Shown here one piece after another: positions 49,294 through 62,354 of a stretch of 64,000 bases of DNA. Under the pieces are notes generated by a model. It saw nothing but the letters and a program-made list of their open reading frames with translations, did no database searches and was not told the origin of the DNA. The stretch lies in the NCBI GenBank assembly GCA_918797485.1, contig CAKKNE010000006.1, positions 1,736,001-1,800,000 on the forward strand, in the 5' to 3' direction. The first letter of the stretch is position 1. Every line of letters begins with the position of its first letter. The translations under genes were made by a program, and so were the position numbers. Source of the DNA: Pelagomonas calceolata. Its lineage: Eukaryota.

Positions 49294-50944
49294 TTTGCTG
49301 TTGCTTGAGCTTACTTGCTGAACTGGATCGCTAGAGCTAAGGATCCCACTAGGGGCATCGCTCCTCCGCGAACAAATCCTGCTTTGTGAAACCTGAGCAG
49401 GAGGGTCTCATGCCGGCGCTAGAGTGAGTGGAAAGGGTGATATTTAATTCACCGACATTCCGAGGCACTGGCTGGAAGTCGCAAGTTCAAGTTGTCGCCT
49501 CCCCGGGCGCCGTCCCTCTACGCCGTCCCCATAAGCCGTCGCTACCAGAATACGCTAGGTAAATCTATTTCTTCAACACCGGCCTTAGCGCAATGGCCAT
49601 CCACTATCGCGGCCAGATGATCGTCGAGTTAGACCACGAGCCCACTCAGGCTTGCGAAGTGGGCCCGACGCTTACAAACTATCGAAACATCACGGGGTGC
49701 CATTGCGACGAGCGTGCTAGTAGGTGCCGTCGTGGCGAGCAGCGGCCGCCGGAGTGCATTAGTGACTTTCGACAGGATTTCTGCAATCCGGATCGGTTAA
49801 TGTGTGGGGCCCCGCAGCGATTTATAGGATCGTTAGCGCAGCTCAGGATTCGGCTTAGAGTTCCAAACGGTCACAGTTGTCCACGGCCCCAAAAAGCAGT
49901 CGAGATAACCCCATCGCTGGCGAAACGCCGAGAACTTGAAACGCCAAATCGGGCTCTTGCGACGCTAAGACGGTCACTTTGGCACGCCAAATTCACCGCG
50001 GCTTCGAGTGCGGCCTGCCAGTCATACGCGAGTAGCGGCCACACGGGGACACCTTTCAGCAACCTCACGTCCTCTACACCCCCAAGCTCGAGCCCCCAAT
50101 CTCCAGGCGATGGCGTGCTCCAACTATCGGTGTGTACTTATTGTCATGCTAATAGATTTTTGGTGTACAGCCAAACTGCCAGCGACAACCTCGGGTTTGC
50201 GTTGGAAAGTCCTAGATAAAAAGACTAGGGCCGCGGGCAGCGCACTTTACCCCAAACCTGCCGCGACGCAAATCGGACGTGGGCTGCGCTCTGTGGCAGC
50301 GCTTCGGCGCCAAAAGGTACGCGCATGAGTGGGCGATGTTGAGCGGCTGAACACAACTGATATGTGCTATGTTATGGCGATCTTCCTGGAGCCTTCTGAG
50401 GCCTCCCGGAGAGTAGGTAGATAGTGGCGGAGTTGTAAAGGGGGGTATTCGGGCTTTGCAGGGGGGTCGACAAACTGCGCGTCACGGCCAACTTTCAGTG
50501 AATGCGCGTTCCTGGCACCACTGCTCATCACGCGGTCCATTACGACGGGGTTGTGCCGGCTTGGGGTGGTTGCATGAGACGAAGTAGCCTAGTAGTACCG
50601 CGCGCCGCGGCGCTGCCACGGTAATTCAGTTTGTCTCCACTTGAATGCAAGTTGTTTCAAGTTGGAGGGGTCCTGGGGAGTAGTCGGGTTGTACTGTCAT
50701 GACGTCCCGGGGGAGTCAAATGCCTGCCTCTTGGGTGCGCTGCCAGGGGATGGGTAGTAGAGATAGGGCAGTCTAGGGTTGGGTAGATTGGAGAGGAGGG
50801 CCTGAGAGAGGTGCTTGGAGCCAACACTTTTTTAGTGTGGTTGGCCCTCGACAGCTCCCTAGATAGAGTATCAGTGGCCTCGGTAAGCCCCCCCCCAATT
50901 CTTACCCGCACCTTCTGTTGGGTACACCGTACCGTAATGGCCTC

Positions 50945-52724
50945 ATGGCGGACACGGGGAAGGTGCAAGGTAAAATCGCTATGTGTGAGTCAAAGGTCGA
51001 TGATGCGTGGGAGCACAACGACGTCTCGCCGCGCGGCCGTGGCCCCCGCGGCACGCAACAGTGTCTCACATGCGACGGAGGCGATCATCTCCATTCGTCA
51101 GGCGCATGGGTTCATGGCGAAAAACCACACGGGACTCTTGATGTATCGGGCGATGCGGCAGCTGCGATTGCTCAAAGTAATGAAGTACCCAAAAATCACA
51201 GGCCACAGCGCGTGCCTCGCATCGGCAAATACTTTCGACGACATATTAAGAAGCCAACACGGCGCTTGAAGCCTCCTAAAGGCAAGGTGATCGACGGAAG
51301 GCACGAACAGTACACCTTATCATACACAATGCAACTGGGAATTCAAAGGTCTGTTGAATATGCGCATTCGGTAGTGTTTTCAGTGTGCAATTCTTTCGTG
51401 CGCTTAAGAACATTGGCGCTAGGCACTACCAGACAGCTTTGACGCAGCATGCGTGGAGACAACTAAGACGAAATTCCCTCCGGAAGGAAGCGATGTGACA
51501 CCAGAGCACGCAATGCGACATTCTTTTACCGTCAAGGACTATGCGCCTTGTGTGTTCTCTCGTATCCGGGCTTTGATGGGCGTGACTCCAGAGCTCTACC
51601 TAGAGTCACTGTGCTCAGGACTATCATTCATTGACTTCATTGCCAATTCCCGGAGTGGACAGTTCTTTTTCTACTCTTTTGACGGGGTATTCATGATCAA
51701 GACTGTGCGACAGGACGAAAAGGACTTTCTTCTCAGGCTACTGCCCGGCTACTACAAGCACCTGCTCAAGCATGCCCTGAGACCAAATAATTTGTCAGGG
51801 GCCAACGACGTGTCTTTCTACCCTAATGGGAACGCGTCGCTTCTCACTCGCTTTTATGGACTTCATTGCACAAAGCTGAGGCATCTCCGGCGAAAGGTCC
51901 ATTTTGTTGTAATGTCATCGATCTATGGTGCAAACACATCATCGCGGATGATCCAATTCGACCTCAAGGGCTCCCAGTACAATCGAAGTGCACAGAAGGA
52001 AGACAAAGTCCTCAAAGATAATGATTGCATCGCCATGGGAGTCAAGTTGCGCGTCAGCAGGGATAAAGCAGATGCTTTGCTAGAATCTGCACGCCATGAT
52101 GCAGCATTTCTTGCGCGTCATGGTGTCATGGACTATTCCCTCCTTGTTGGCATATTCCAGCCCGACGACGCACCTCAAAACACTCTATTGTCTGACCCGA
52201 CACCAATCAGAGAGACGGATTATACCACAAGTATCCAAATGACAAATGATTCTCCTAGACCCTCTCTGAATGAAGTACCAGCCAGCGAGCAACTCTCTGA
52301 ATTCAACTCTCGTCATTTTTCAAGGCTACCAAGCTCCCTCAGTACGCCCAAAGAAATAAACGAGAAGAGTACTTATGCTATCAGTACCACTCAGTCGCCC
52401 AAGGCACCATGGGGTCTAAATGCTGCTGAGAATCAGAATCCATGCGGTATGCGCAATACCAAGACATCCACCAAAGTAAACGCAGACGAGGCTAGGCTTC
52501 CTGCTGCTTACGATGTTGCCATTGAGGGCCTGTCAGACAGCGGCCAGCGTGAACTCTACTACCTCGGCATCATCGATATTTTGCAGAAGTATACTGTTCG
52601 AAAGCACCTAGAGACCGACCTCAATATCATCACAAGGGGACTTAAACATTACAAGGAATGCTCCTGTGTATCACCAAACGAGTACCGCGATCGCTTTCTC
52701 AAGTTCCTCAGTCGCATATTCTGA
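50945..52724 (+). CDS. Phosphatidylinositol phosphate kinase (PIP5K family), 2 exons
   Basis: HEQYTLSYTMQLGI, FTVKDYAPCVF, SRSGQFFFYS, FMIKT, SLLTRFYG, FDLKGS, LKDND, MDYSLLVG, YYLGIIDILQ, SCVSPNEYRDRF. Confidence 0.92.
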
Positions 52725-53257
52725 GTTGCCAGGCAGATAGCTCGATTAGTGAGATACCTAGCACAGCGCTGGTAGATTCTGTGTGTTATATGCGCATAGG
52801 GCTCGACAGCCGCACTTAAAGGCCTCAGGAGAATATCCCGAGCCTCCGGGCGAATATCGCCAGCAAAAAAAACGCCGCATATGTAGGGCAAGGCAAAAGA
52901 AGGGCAGCTTTCCTTCGGCATCTAGATACTAGTACTAGAAGTAGTTTGAACAGCCCCGGGCGGCGGCGGAAGTGCGGGGCATGGAGACAGGTACCTACTA
53001 GTAGCAGCTTGTGCTGGCGGCCAGTGTCCAATTTAAGTCCGAGTCACGGTCTGTTTTATTAGTTCTTCTTCCTTGACTGGAATAATCTAGTTCATTTCTG
53101 TCTCGCTGGCGACCTCTCTAGCCCTCTCCCCAGCTCCTCTCCCCACTGGCACTGACTGGTCTCTGACTGGCGGTGACTGGAGTGCCACCTGGCAGTGGAT
53201 TATGATGATACTCTAGATGCAGCGTGCTGGCATTCTGCTGGTAGTCAGGCGAGTGGC

Positions 53258-56200
53258 TCAGAAACCAGTGTTGGAGTCAGAGAAAAAAGACCCAAATGCG
53301 CCGAACAATGATTTCGCGCCAGTTGAAGGGTCACGGCCATCAACTGTAGTGGGCTGATGTGGAGACCTGGTACCGATCGCACCGCCAGGCGCGCGCACTT
53401 CTGGCAGCCTTGGTGGACCAGCAGGTGCAGCGAGGCCGGGCCTGGCGGGCCGGCCGAAGAGGCAGCTTAGGCGGGCAGCGATCTCATCAGCGCCGCCCTC
53501 CTCACCACTGGCCACTGCGTGCACGACATCAGGTTGCGATGGGACCGGCAAGCATGGGACTGGCGCGGGCTGCGTGACCCGCCAGGCGGAAGGAGCAGCC
53601 GCGGGTGCACGTTGCCACAGGGCCTGACCGTCGGACGTTCCTGCACCACTATCCTGGACAGGCGATGGCGCACGCAAAGTCAATGGCGATGATGTGGTGA
53701 CGCGCGTGACTGTCGGCGGCGCACGGGGCCTGATGGTAGCCGGCGTGGCGGGCCGGCCAGCACGATCGGTCGATGGCGATGGACGCGTGGTTGGCAGCAT
53801 GGCGCCCCCGTGCAACGCAACAGCCGATACGCGACGCTTTCGCGCCACCGCCGATTCAGACGGCGCAGATTCGGCAGGTGGACGCCGCGACGCACGCATA
53901 GGGGGCGGCAGCGGTGAGGGCTGAAGTGGCGAGACAGCGGGGACATCGGAGCCCTCAGACTCATCGGACGTGGAATGCCGGTCCGGACTGGGTGGCGTGG
54001 ACGGCACCGGGGGTGCCGAGGTGCCAGCGTCATCAGGCGTGTCCGCATGCCCCGCCGCGCGAGCGGCGGCCTCTTTCTTACGGCGCTGCTTTTGGCGCTT
54101 CGCCTTCTTTTTCTCGCGTGCTTTGGCCGACCTCGCCTCGCGCTCAGCCTCCTCAGCCTCGAGCTCTTCGACGAGGCTCCGCCGTGCAGCCTCTGCCGGG
54201 CCGTCTGCAGCTACTGGCGCGGCCGCGACGTTAGCGTCAGTTTCGCCTCTCTTTCCACCGTTTCCGTCGCATCGCGCCCGCTCGCGCTGTTTGAGCAGGA
54301 TCCTGAGGCGTGCGTGGCGCGCGGCCTGCGCAGGATGCACTGGTAGGGGTTGGGACGGAGCTGTATGCGCGTGCGTCCCCGCCGCCACGCGCGAGACTCA
54401 AGCAAATTTTGGGAAAGGTACAACGGCGTGCGGCGCTGCAAGCTCGCCTTCCGGTCGCGTGAGCAGTCAGCGAGCGGCGCACGGTAGTCGGCCACAAGAC
54501 GGGCGGCAGCGTCAACGTCGCCACGCGCGACAAGAAGCGCGACAGCCGTATCTCCTCGTGCGTTGCGCGCGGCAACGAGCTCGGGAAGGCGGTCATCAGC
54601 GCGTGCGGCATCCAGGACGGGCCAGAGCACGTCGAGGTGCCCCTTTCGTGCGGCGAGGAGTGCGGCCTCGCCCGACGGCGGCGCTCCAGCGCTGATCAGC
54701 GCGCTCGCAAGCTCAGCGCGGCCGGCGCCTGCGGCAAGCGTGAGCGCGTCCTCACGTGGCGTCGCGCCGCGGACGGGTCTTGCAGGGTCCGCACCAGCGC
54801 GAAGCAGCGCGCGTGCTGCACGCGATGCGCCCTTGGCGACCTGCGCGCATTCGTGTTGGTGCCACTCGCGCACGATTCCGCTTCGCCGCGCTTTTTTGCT
54901 GGTTCGCGGCAGGCGAAGATGAGTGACACGCGCGCCAGCTCTGATCGACGGCGTGCCACCCTCCTCTCACACCGAGTGTGCGCACGAGTTAGGCAACTGT
55001 GCTTTGCATTCAACGCCGGGGTGCGGACGGCAAGGTGCAGCGCCGTCTCGCCATGAGCATCCTCGGCGTCGATGTCAGCGCCGGCGGCCGCGAGCACAGG
55101 CACAATTGCCGCTGCCGCTGTGTCTGCATCCGCGCGGTGACCGCGCGCGCACGCGAGGTGCAACGGTGTTCGTGCCGAGCCAGCGGCGACGTCGCGGTGC
55201 GCTGCGTCGGCGCCTGCACGCAGGCACCGCCGGACCGCGTCCGCGGCGCCCGTACGCGCGGCCGCGAGCAGGCACGCATCGGCGTCGCTGCGCGCGATAT
55301 CCGTCGACGACACACTGACAGTGACAGTCGCGCGCACGCGTAGCGCGCCGTCGGTGCCGATGAGGTCACGCGCACGCAGCTCTGTGTGCGCAGCAAACTT
55401 CGGCCAGCCCCAATCCTGGACCGCGGGTGGCGGCGCGGCGCGGAAGACCTGTGTTGCCCATTTCGCATATCCACGTGACGCGTCGCCCGACGCATGGTCG
55501 ACAGACATGGTGAACCTGCGGCGGCGGCAGCGCAGCAGTTGGTACAAGCGTGGGCGCATATGAGGGCGGCGCAACGCACGTCGCGTGTTTCTGCCAGCCG
55601 AACGGGAGCGTGGCGGCGTCGCGAACCGAGAGGTAGAGTGAAACGTGCCCGGCATTGTCTGCACCGTCCCCGTCGAGAAAGTAGTACAAAAGCCATCGGT
55701 TGCCCGCCGCGTCAACGAAGCCGGCGTCATGGTACATGCCCTTGTGCGCGCGTGCGGCGTCCGACCTGCGTGCCGTCTCGAAATCGGGCACGACCCAGCG
55801 GCATACTACGGTCGTTGGACGTGCCTGCGGCGCCCAGCCGCCGGCAGCTGTCGTACCACCGCCCGCTGCGCCCGCCGCACGCGCGGCTGCCTCGCCGGAG
55901 CCGCCGCCGGCCTCAGCCGGGGCCGCCGGCATCGCCGTGCCGCCAGAGCTGTTGGCGGCGCCCGGCGGCGGCCGTGGAGGTGGCGGCAGCGCGGCGACGA
56001 GGTGCGTGATGGCGACTCGCGTGCCGCTAGCCTCTGTCGCACCAGCGACCACCGCACGGTTCGCCGCCTCGGCAGCCGCGAAGCGCACGCACGCAGCGCC
56101 GCCGCCGGCGACGAGCGCACACGCCTCGACGGCGCCGTGCGGCTCGAGCAGCGTGGCGACATGGGCGCTGGTCGCTGAGACCGCAAGGCCCGACACAACG

Positions 56201-57023
56201 ACGACGCGGCCTGCCGGTCCTGCGCCGCGAGAAAACCGCGCGAACGTCGTCCCCAGAACGTCGACAGCGGCGGCGCTGACGGTTTTCGCAAGGCGCGTGG
56301 GAGACGCAGCAGCAAGCGTGCGCCGCAGCGCACGCGCCGAGGCGTCGTCATCGCCGTCATTGTCCACCGCGCGCGCCACCGCGGCAAGCACGTCTTCCGA
56401 AGCGTCGCGCGCAATGACACTCGCGCTACCGGCAACGGCCTGACCTTCCGCGTGCGTCGCAGGTTCCGAAGGGACACGTCCGGGATCTTCCAGGTCGTTC
56501 CCTGTCTCGGTGGCAGCGCCCGGCGCAGCCGCGCCTGGCGCGGCGGGGCTCGCTGCCGAACGGGTCTTATGCTGCGCCGCAACGGGGGCGCGTGCGTCGC
56601 TGTCCTTTTGCGGGAGTGGGACTCTGTGTGGATATCAACCAGTGAGTTAGGATTATGCGGGGACCTTCGTGAACCTCCACGCCATCGAGCAGACGCGGTG
56701 ACCGGGACAACGTCGTGTCGATAGCGCGGACCTCCACGCCATGCGTGCGGCGCTAAAATTTGATTTCCACACAGAGAGCCATACCGTACTCGGCCGGGCT
56801 TCTCCTCCGCTACGATGACGTCCTGGTCGCGCAACACAAGAAGTCGCGCCGTGTGCTCTGCGTCGATGACGTCGCCGTCCAGGAGAAAGGAATACGCGAG
56901 ATTGTCGCGCCTCCTACTGTATTCCCTAAACATCACGCCTAGCTTCTGATCGAGGCGCAGTTTAAAGTGCGTGTTATCTTTTGATTTGACATCGAGGACG
57001 CGAATCGTCACGTACTGTGCCAT
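53258..57023 (-). CDS. Multidomain protein: SUMO/Rad60-like UBL, RRM-like, MATH, ankyrin repeats, coiled coil and low-complexity tail (multi-exon, high GC)
   Basis: UBL exon (HFKLRLDQKLGVMF..FLLDGDVIDAEHTA..LRDQDVI); RRM (VVVSGL..LEPHGAV..ACVRFA); MATH (RWVVPDF..GNRWLL..HVSLYL..DWGWPKF..DGALRVRATV); ankyrins (RTPLHLAC, GETALHLA|VAKG). Exon joins inferred from GT-AG phase; joining of the UBL exon is less certain. Confidence 0.7.
56624..56774. mobile_element. Introner-like MITE with ~15-bp terminal inverted repeats inside intron 1 of the minus-strand gene
   Basis: Termini CTGTGTGGATATCAA ... TTGATTTCCACACAG and an internal repeated cctccacgccat. On the minus strand the terminal CAG provides the 3' splice site (intron 56784-56624, phase 2). 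Confidence 0.8.
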
Positions 57024-57954
57024 CACCACCGTACCGGGAACGTCGCCGAGGAGTAACAATCTAATTAAGTCTAGCGCCAGCTCACGCGATTGATGGATGA
57101 CGACTGCGCACAGTCAGCAAATGGCTATGCGCAAGCGGTAAGTCGCGCACAGCTGAATTCAATAGTGAGCTAGTTATAACGCACTAGATTTTCCAGGGCT
57201 TTGTTACATGCATGTTTATCTTTCGGCGCCCGGAGCTATATAATAAAAATACGCACCACATGCGGAAAATTCATCCCAAAGCCCCAATGTATACGCACAT
57301 ATACCCGCGGCGTCTGGTAGATATGTATATGGTACTCTGTCTTTTTATCGTCGATGAAGTGTGGGCACGTTGCACAAGGTAGTTACAGTTGCTTCTTCTT
57401 GGGTTCTTGCGTCTTGAGCGTGGGGAAAGGGAATCTTGACGGGCTCGGCCGGTCTACAACGGCGAGCCGCCGACGGGGCACGGCTGAGGCACGTTCGCAT
57501 GCGCGTCGAACATGACGAAGCCGCCGTCGGCGATCTGCACGAAGATGTCGTCGCCGCCGGCGGTGTGGGGCACCATTTTCTCGATGCGACTTTTCACTAC
57601 TCTGAGCCTGAGAGGTCCGTAGGAGGCCCTGACGTCTCTACGCGTCCGCTGGCACGAGGTAGCTGAGAGTATCGGCGAAGTTTAGGTAGGCCTTAGGATC
57701 ACTTGACGCAGAACATACCGTACCTAGAGGGAACGGCAATATAACGGACGCGGCAATATAAGGGACGGCCCGGTTAGGCAATATAGGACTACTCTGGGGG
57801 ACTCAGATGTATGGGAGATGGCTCCTGGCTGTCCGGCCGCCTTCGCTTCTCCGCGCTGCTGTGTGTGCTGCCTGTGTACAACAAACAACGAACCATACTC
57901 TTTAGTACGCGAGGATGTTTGCATAGCGGCACCTGCTAGCAGACAAAGAGCTGC

Positions 57955-60312
57955 ATGTCCGCCCCTGCTCCGAGCCGGCGTTCGGCAGCTCTCGCCTTAG
58001 AGCAGTTGACTGCGGAGATACGATCCGAGCTATATCTTCTCTTGGATGATGTGGGTGGTCAAATATGCCTGGTCCTGGATCGCGGCATCGGCGGACAGCT
58101 GGATCACGTCGTGCCTGGCGGTGCAGAGGCACTCCGGTCGCACGGCGTCCGTTTCGTGCGCTCACTGCGGCCAGAGCTCGACGCAGTGCGCGAACACCGA
58201 GTTGTGTATCTCGTCCGTCCGACGGTTGCTGCGATGATGCTGATTGCTGGCCACGTGATGAACGAAAACATGGCCGAGGTCACACCGCGACGGTTTCACG
58301 TCTTTATGGTGCCGCGGACCACTGTCCTCTGCACACACGTGCTTGAGGAAGCGGGCGTTCTGCCGCACGTTCGCGTCGGCGCGTACCGCCTCGATGCCAT
58401 TGCGCTCGACACCGACGTACTCTCGCTCGAACTCCCAGACAGCCTGCGCGAGGTCGCGGTCGATGGCGACCCGACAGCACTCGAGTGTGTTACTCAATTT
58501 CTGCTGCGTTTCGAACAGCTTTACGGGACACCGCGTGAAGTCCGGACGTTCGGCACAGCAGCGCGTGGCGTTGCTGAGCGCCTCGCGCGCGCTGACCTCC
58601 GGGCCGAGCGCGCGCGCTGCCGCGCGCGCAGCGGCGGTGATGGGGTTGCTACCGCCGCGGGGCCGCGCGACTTCGGCGGCGTGCTGCCACAGTGCAACCT
58701 TAGCGACGCGGCTGATGCGCGCGCGCGCCGCGACGTTGACACGTTGGTGATTATTGACCGACTTGCCGACCTCGTCACGCCCATGGTGACGCCTCTCACC
58801 TACGAGGGGCTCGTCGACGAGGTGATGGGTGGCATCCACCACGGCTGTGCGCGCCTACCCCGCGCTGTTGTCGCGGATGATGCCGATGAGACAGCTTCCG
58901 CCGCCGCTGCAGACGCCGACGGCGACCGCGTCGCCTACGCGCTCAACTCACGCGATGCGCTCTACGCCGAGGTCCGCGACCTCAACATCGAAGAACTCGG
59001 CGCTCGTCTGGGCGATCGCGCCAAGGCGATACGCGCAGCGTGCGACACAGCGTAGATGTCCAAGTTCGGAGATTATCCCCGATTTTTGTGGCTTCAGCGA
59101 GATGCCCTGACCCTTAGTCCCAATCGTGTCGAGAGGATTCCCTTAGAGGCCGGTTTCGTACAGGTATGACGCATTCCGCGCCCGCCGCGACGCGTCCATC
59201 ACAGAGATCCACGACTTCGTGAAGCGCATCCCGGGCCTAGCGGCGGCGTACCGGAGCCTCCAGACGCACATCCGCCTCGCGGAGTGCGTCGCACGCGCGA
59301 CAGATGCACGCGCCTTCCGCGCACGATGGCATGCCGAGCGGACTTTCCTCGAGGGCGAGCCCGCGTTCGACGTAATCGATGACCTCCTCGCGACGCGAGA
59401 GCCGCCATTCTCGCTCCTTCGCCTCGCGTGTCTTGCGTCGCTCACGACGGGCGGCCTTCGCGCCGCGCGGCACGACGCGCTCCGCCGTGGCGTACTGCAG
59501 ACGTATGGCTTCGAGCTCCTCGGCACGCTCCACCACCTGGAACGCGTCGGCCTGCTCGCACGTGCTCGCGACGCGACGGCGGCAGGCCTCGTCCTCGGTG
59601 GTGGCGGCGCCCGCACGCCCTTTGCCGCACTTCGGCGCGCGCTGCGCCTTGTGGTCGCCGACGTTAATCCACGCCAGCCGAGCGACGCCGCATACGCGAC
59701 ACCCCGGCGTGAGGCGCTAGCTGTCTTCACTCAAGTTGCATTCAATTCGTAGTCGGCGCCCCGTGCCGGGCTCCCTGCACTGCGCGCCTATACCTAAGCG
59801 GACCCCGGATGGGATATTGCACTGCCCAGACTGAGGGGGACAGGCGGAATTGTCACCGACAGATCGCATTTGCACAGGTTTCCTCGGGCTATGCGCCGAT
59901 CTCAGTCCGCCTCGTCGAAGCGATCGCCGCGCCGGATGACGCCGCACTCGCTACGGCGCTCCCGCAAGTTCCCGGCCTCCCGCATCTTGCATATGCACCC
60001 CGTGCGTTCTCGCGCGAGGAACTTGGATGCGCGTTCGACGACGCCGGGGCGGGCGTGCTCGCCGCCGGCGCGCTGCACCGTGTTTCACCCGGGTCACCAG
60101 CGAGCCCCGGTGCCAAGCCCGTTCTGGTTGTTGTTTTTGTTGGAGGAGTGACGTACGCCGAGATTGCAGCGCTGCGCCTGCTTTCGCGCCGGCCCGACTT
60201 TCCATTCACCGTGCTAGTTGCTGCCACCGCCGTGATTAACGGCGCCGGGCTCCTCCAAACTCTCGTGATGGAAATGGAAAATAGCCTGCAGAAAACCCAT
60301 GCTACAGCCTAG
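57955..60312 (+). CDS. VPS33: Vacuolar protein sorting 33 (Sec1/Munc18 family), 3 exons, high GC
   Basis: VVYLVRP, FMVPRTTVLC..LEEAGV, LDTDVLSLE, LVIIDRLADLVTPMVTPLTYEGLVDE, LYAEVRDLN, SLQTHIRLAE, LQTYGFE, SGYAPISVRLVE, VVFVGGVTYAEIAALR. Confidence 0.93.
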
Positions 60313-60976
60313 CCTAGCAATCGTCCATTTGAATGAAGGAAGTTAGTTTTAATTTATTAATTAAGCGGGACCTGAGAAAAGGAACAAGCTCCTAAAGCGC
60401 CTTCATCCTGCTTGGGGTAGGATGCCCAATCGAGCTTCAACTCGGACACGGCGATAAGGTCACGGTCACGTAACTTGAACCGTCAATGAACGATAGATGA
60501 TGACAGACACAGACGTAGCATTTTTTACACCTTTCGATATTTTAGAGGTCGATTAAGCCCCATTTGCTGCGCTCACAGGACAACCGACCTCTGATCTCCA
60601 AAATGATATAAAAAACGACAAGTAGTATATTTATAAACTTGGACGCTCTGAATGTCACGGTGACGAATATATTAATAATGCGCAACCTATATGCATGATC
60701 GCTAACCAGGTGAAGATAAACCTTGGTTCGCACCAACAGTATCTCATCGGCGTCGCCATGGCAAAACGACACCCATGAGGAAACGACAATCAATGAATCA
60801 TGATGGCCTTCAATTCAACTTGTGCCAGTGACACTCAAACCGCGCGCGGCCCGGGCCGGGTAGGGCGAATTGAACCTAAGCGCTCGAGAACTCGTCACGC
60901 ACTTTCACGGAGGCCTTTAAAGTAGGTTTTGGGGTCTCCTGGGCCGGTGGGCCCGCCGTCGCTGTCGCCCGCCCAT

Positions 60977-62354
60977 CGAGCTGGACCTTTAAAGGTCCAG
61001 CTCGTATAAAACCTAACCCGCACGTTACGCAACCCTAACCCGGACGCGAACCCTAACCCGCACGTTACGAAAACCCGCGCGGCTAACCTGATTTATATAA
61101 TACGAAATTACCTGATAAACCCGCCACTTGTCATTTCGGCGATAGTATGCCGAACCTACGGACTGTGAATGTTAAATATATAGTTGGTAGGTTCGACATT
61201 CGACAATTACCTGGTTAACTCGTCGAATGTCACTTCGGCGATAGTTTGTCGAACCTACGGACTGCGAATGTTAATATATAGTTGGTAGGTTCGACATTCG
61301 TCATTTCGGCGATAGTTTGTCGAACCTGCGGACTGCGAATGTTAAATATATAGTTGGTAGGTTCGACATTCGTCAAATGTCATTTCGGCGATAGTTTGCC
61401 GATAGTATAACTGACGTTGTCTAGTAGCCATTCTGTCTTCACAAATGTTGCTCCCACAACTCCCGTCGCGTCTCTAAACGCGGTAATATCCATGGGAGCA
61501 TAACCGTCCAAAATATCGTCAAAAATAGATCTATCCACCCGTTCTCCTGACTTTAGTTGGCGAAGGATTCCCTCACGACTTTTGGTCTTGTATTTCATTG
61601 TTATCTCCATGTCCTCGTCATCACCTCCTCCGTGGGCGACAGCAATTGCTTCGGTTAAACTGTACTTAACCTTAAAGTATTTATTACTGGTAGTCTGCTT
61701 TTTCTTGACTATATTTGTCAAGGTGACGTAAATTTCATTTGGCACCTCTTCCTTCTTCTCAAAGAGGTAATCCATGAGTTCCCTGTTTTTCGTGTCGATT
61801 GGATCAGCCATCTGAACGTGACGTGAAGTTATCGCTAGACTTTTTGGCGAGTATGTGATGTGTTGGTACTGAGGAAGGCCTCTGCCCGGAGGACTTTTGA
61901 GATATATTAACATTCGCAGTCTGTAGGTTCGGCAAACTATCGCCGAAATGACATTTGACGAATGTCGAACCTACCAACTATATATTTAACATTCGCAGTC
62001 CGCAGGTTCGACAAACTATCGCCGAAATGACGAATGTCGAACCTACCAACTATATATTAACATTCGCAGTCCGTAGGTTCGACAAACTATCGCCGAAGTG
62101 ACATTCGACGAGTTAACCAGGTAATTGTCGAATGTCGAACCTACCAACTATATATTTAACATTCACAGTCCGTAGGTTCGGCATACTATCGCCGAAATGA
62201 CAAGTGGCGGGTTTATCAGGTAATTTCGTATTATATAAATCAGGTTAGCCGCGCGGGTTTTCGTAACGTGCGGGTTAGGGTTCGCGTCCGGGTTAGGGTT
62301 GCGTAACGTGCGGGTTAGGTTTTATACGAGCTGGACCTTTAAAGGTCCAGCTCG
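60977..62354. mobile_element. Non-autonomous foldback-type element, 1378 bp, with 426-bp TIRs (60977-61402, 61929-62354) and 4-bp CCAT TSD
   Basis: The arms appear to be exact reverse complements. Each end is the palindrome CGAGCTGGACCTTTAAAGGTCCAGCTCG. CCAT lies at 60973-60976 and 62355-62358. Arms contain CCCTAA-like units and ~71-bp subrepeats. Confidence 0.93.
61380..61811 (-). CDS. Orphan 143-aa cargo ORF inside the foldback element
   Basis: Uninterrupted, intronless, AT-rich ORF MADPIDTKNRELMDYLFEKKEEVPNEIYVTLTNIVKK... filling the spacer. Its last codons and stop lie inside the left TIR. No transposase motif recognised. Confidence 0.6.
   Translation of the reverse strand: MADPIDTKNRELMDYLFEKKEEVPNEIYVTLTNIVKKKQTTSNKYFKVKYSLTEAIAVAHGGGDDEDMEITMKYKTKSREGILRQLKSGERVDRSIFDDILDGYAPMDITAFRDATGVVGATFVKTEWLLDNVSYTIGKLSPK

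Noticed and set aside
57455..57580. GC-rich coding-like fragment (MVPHTAGGDDIFVQIADGGFVMF.., minus strand)
   Set aside because: About 40 codons with no identifiable family.
53359..60239. Dozens of alternative-frame and antisense ORFs (e.g. 53970-54695, 55700-56443, 58162-58842)
   Set aside because: Shadows of the GC-rich MATH/ankyrin and VPS33 genes.
61130..62200. Repeat array resembling a CRISPR locus
   Set aside because: The units are ~71 bp, mostly abutting without unique spacers, mirrored as TIRs, with no cas genes and in a eukaryotic context.
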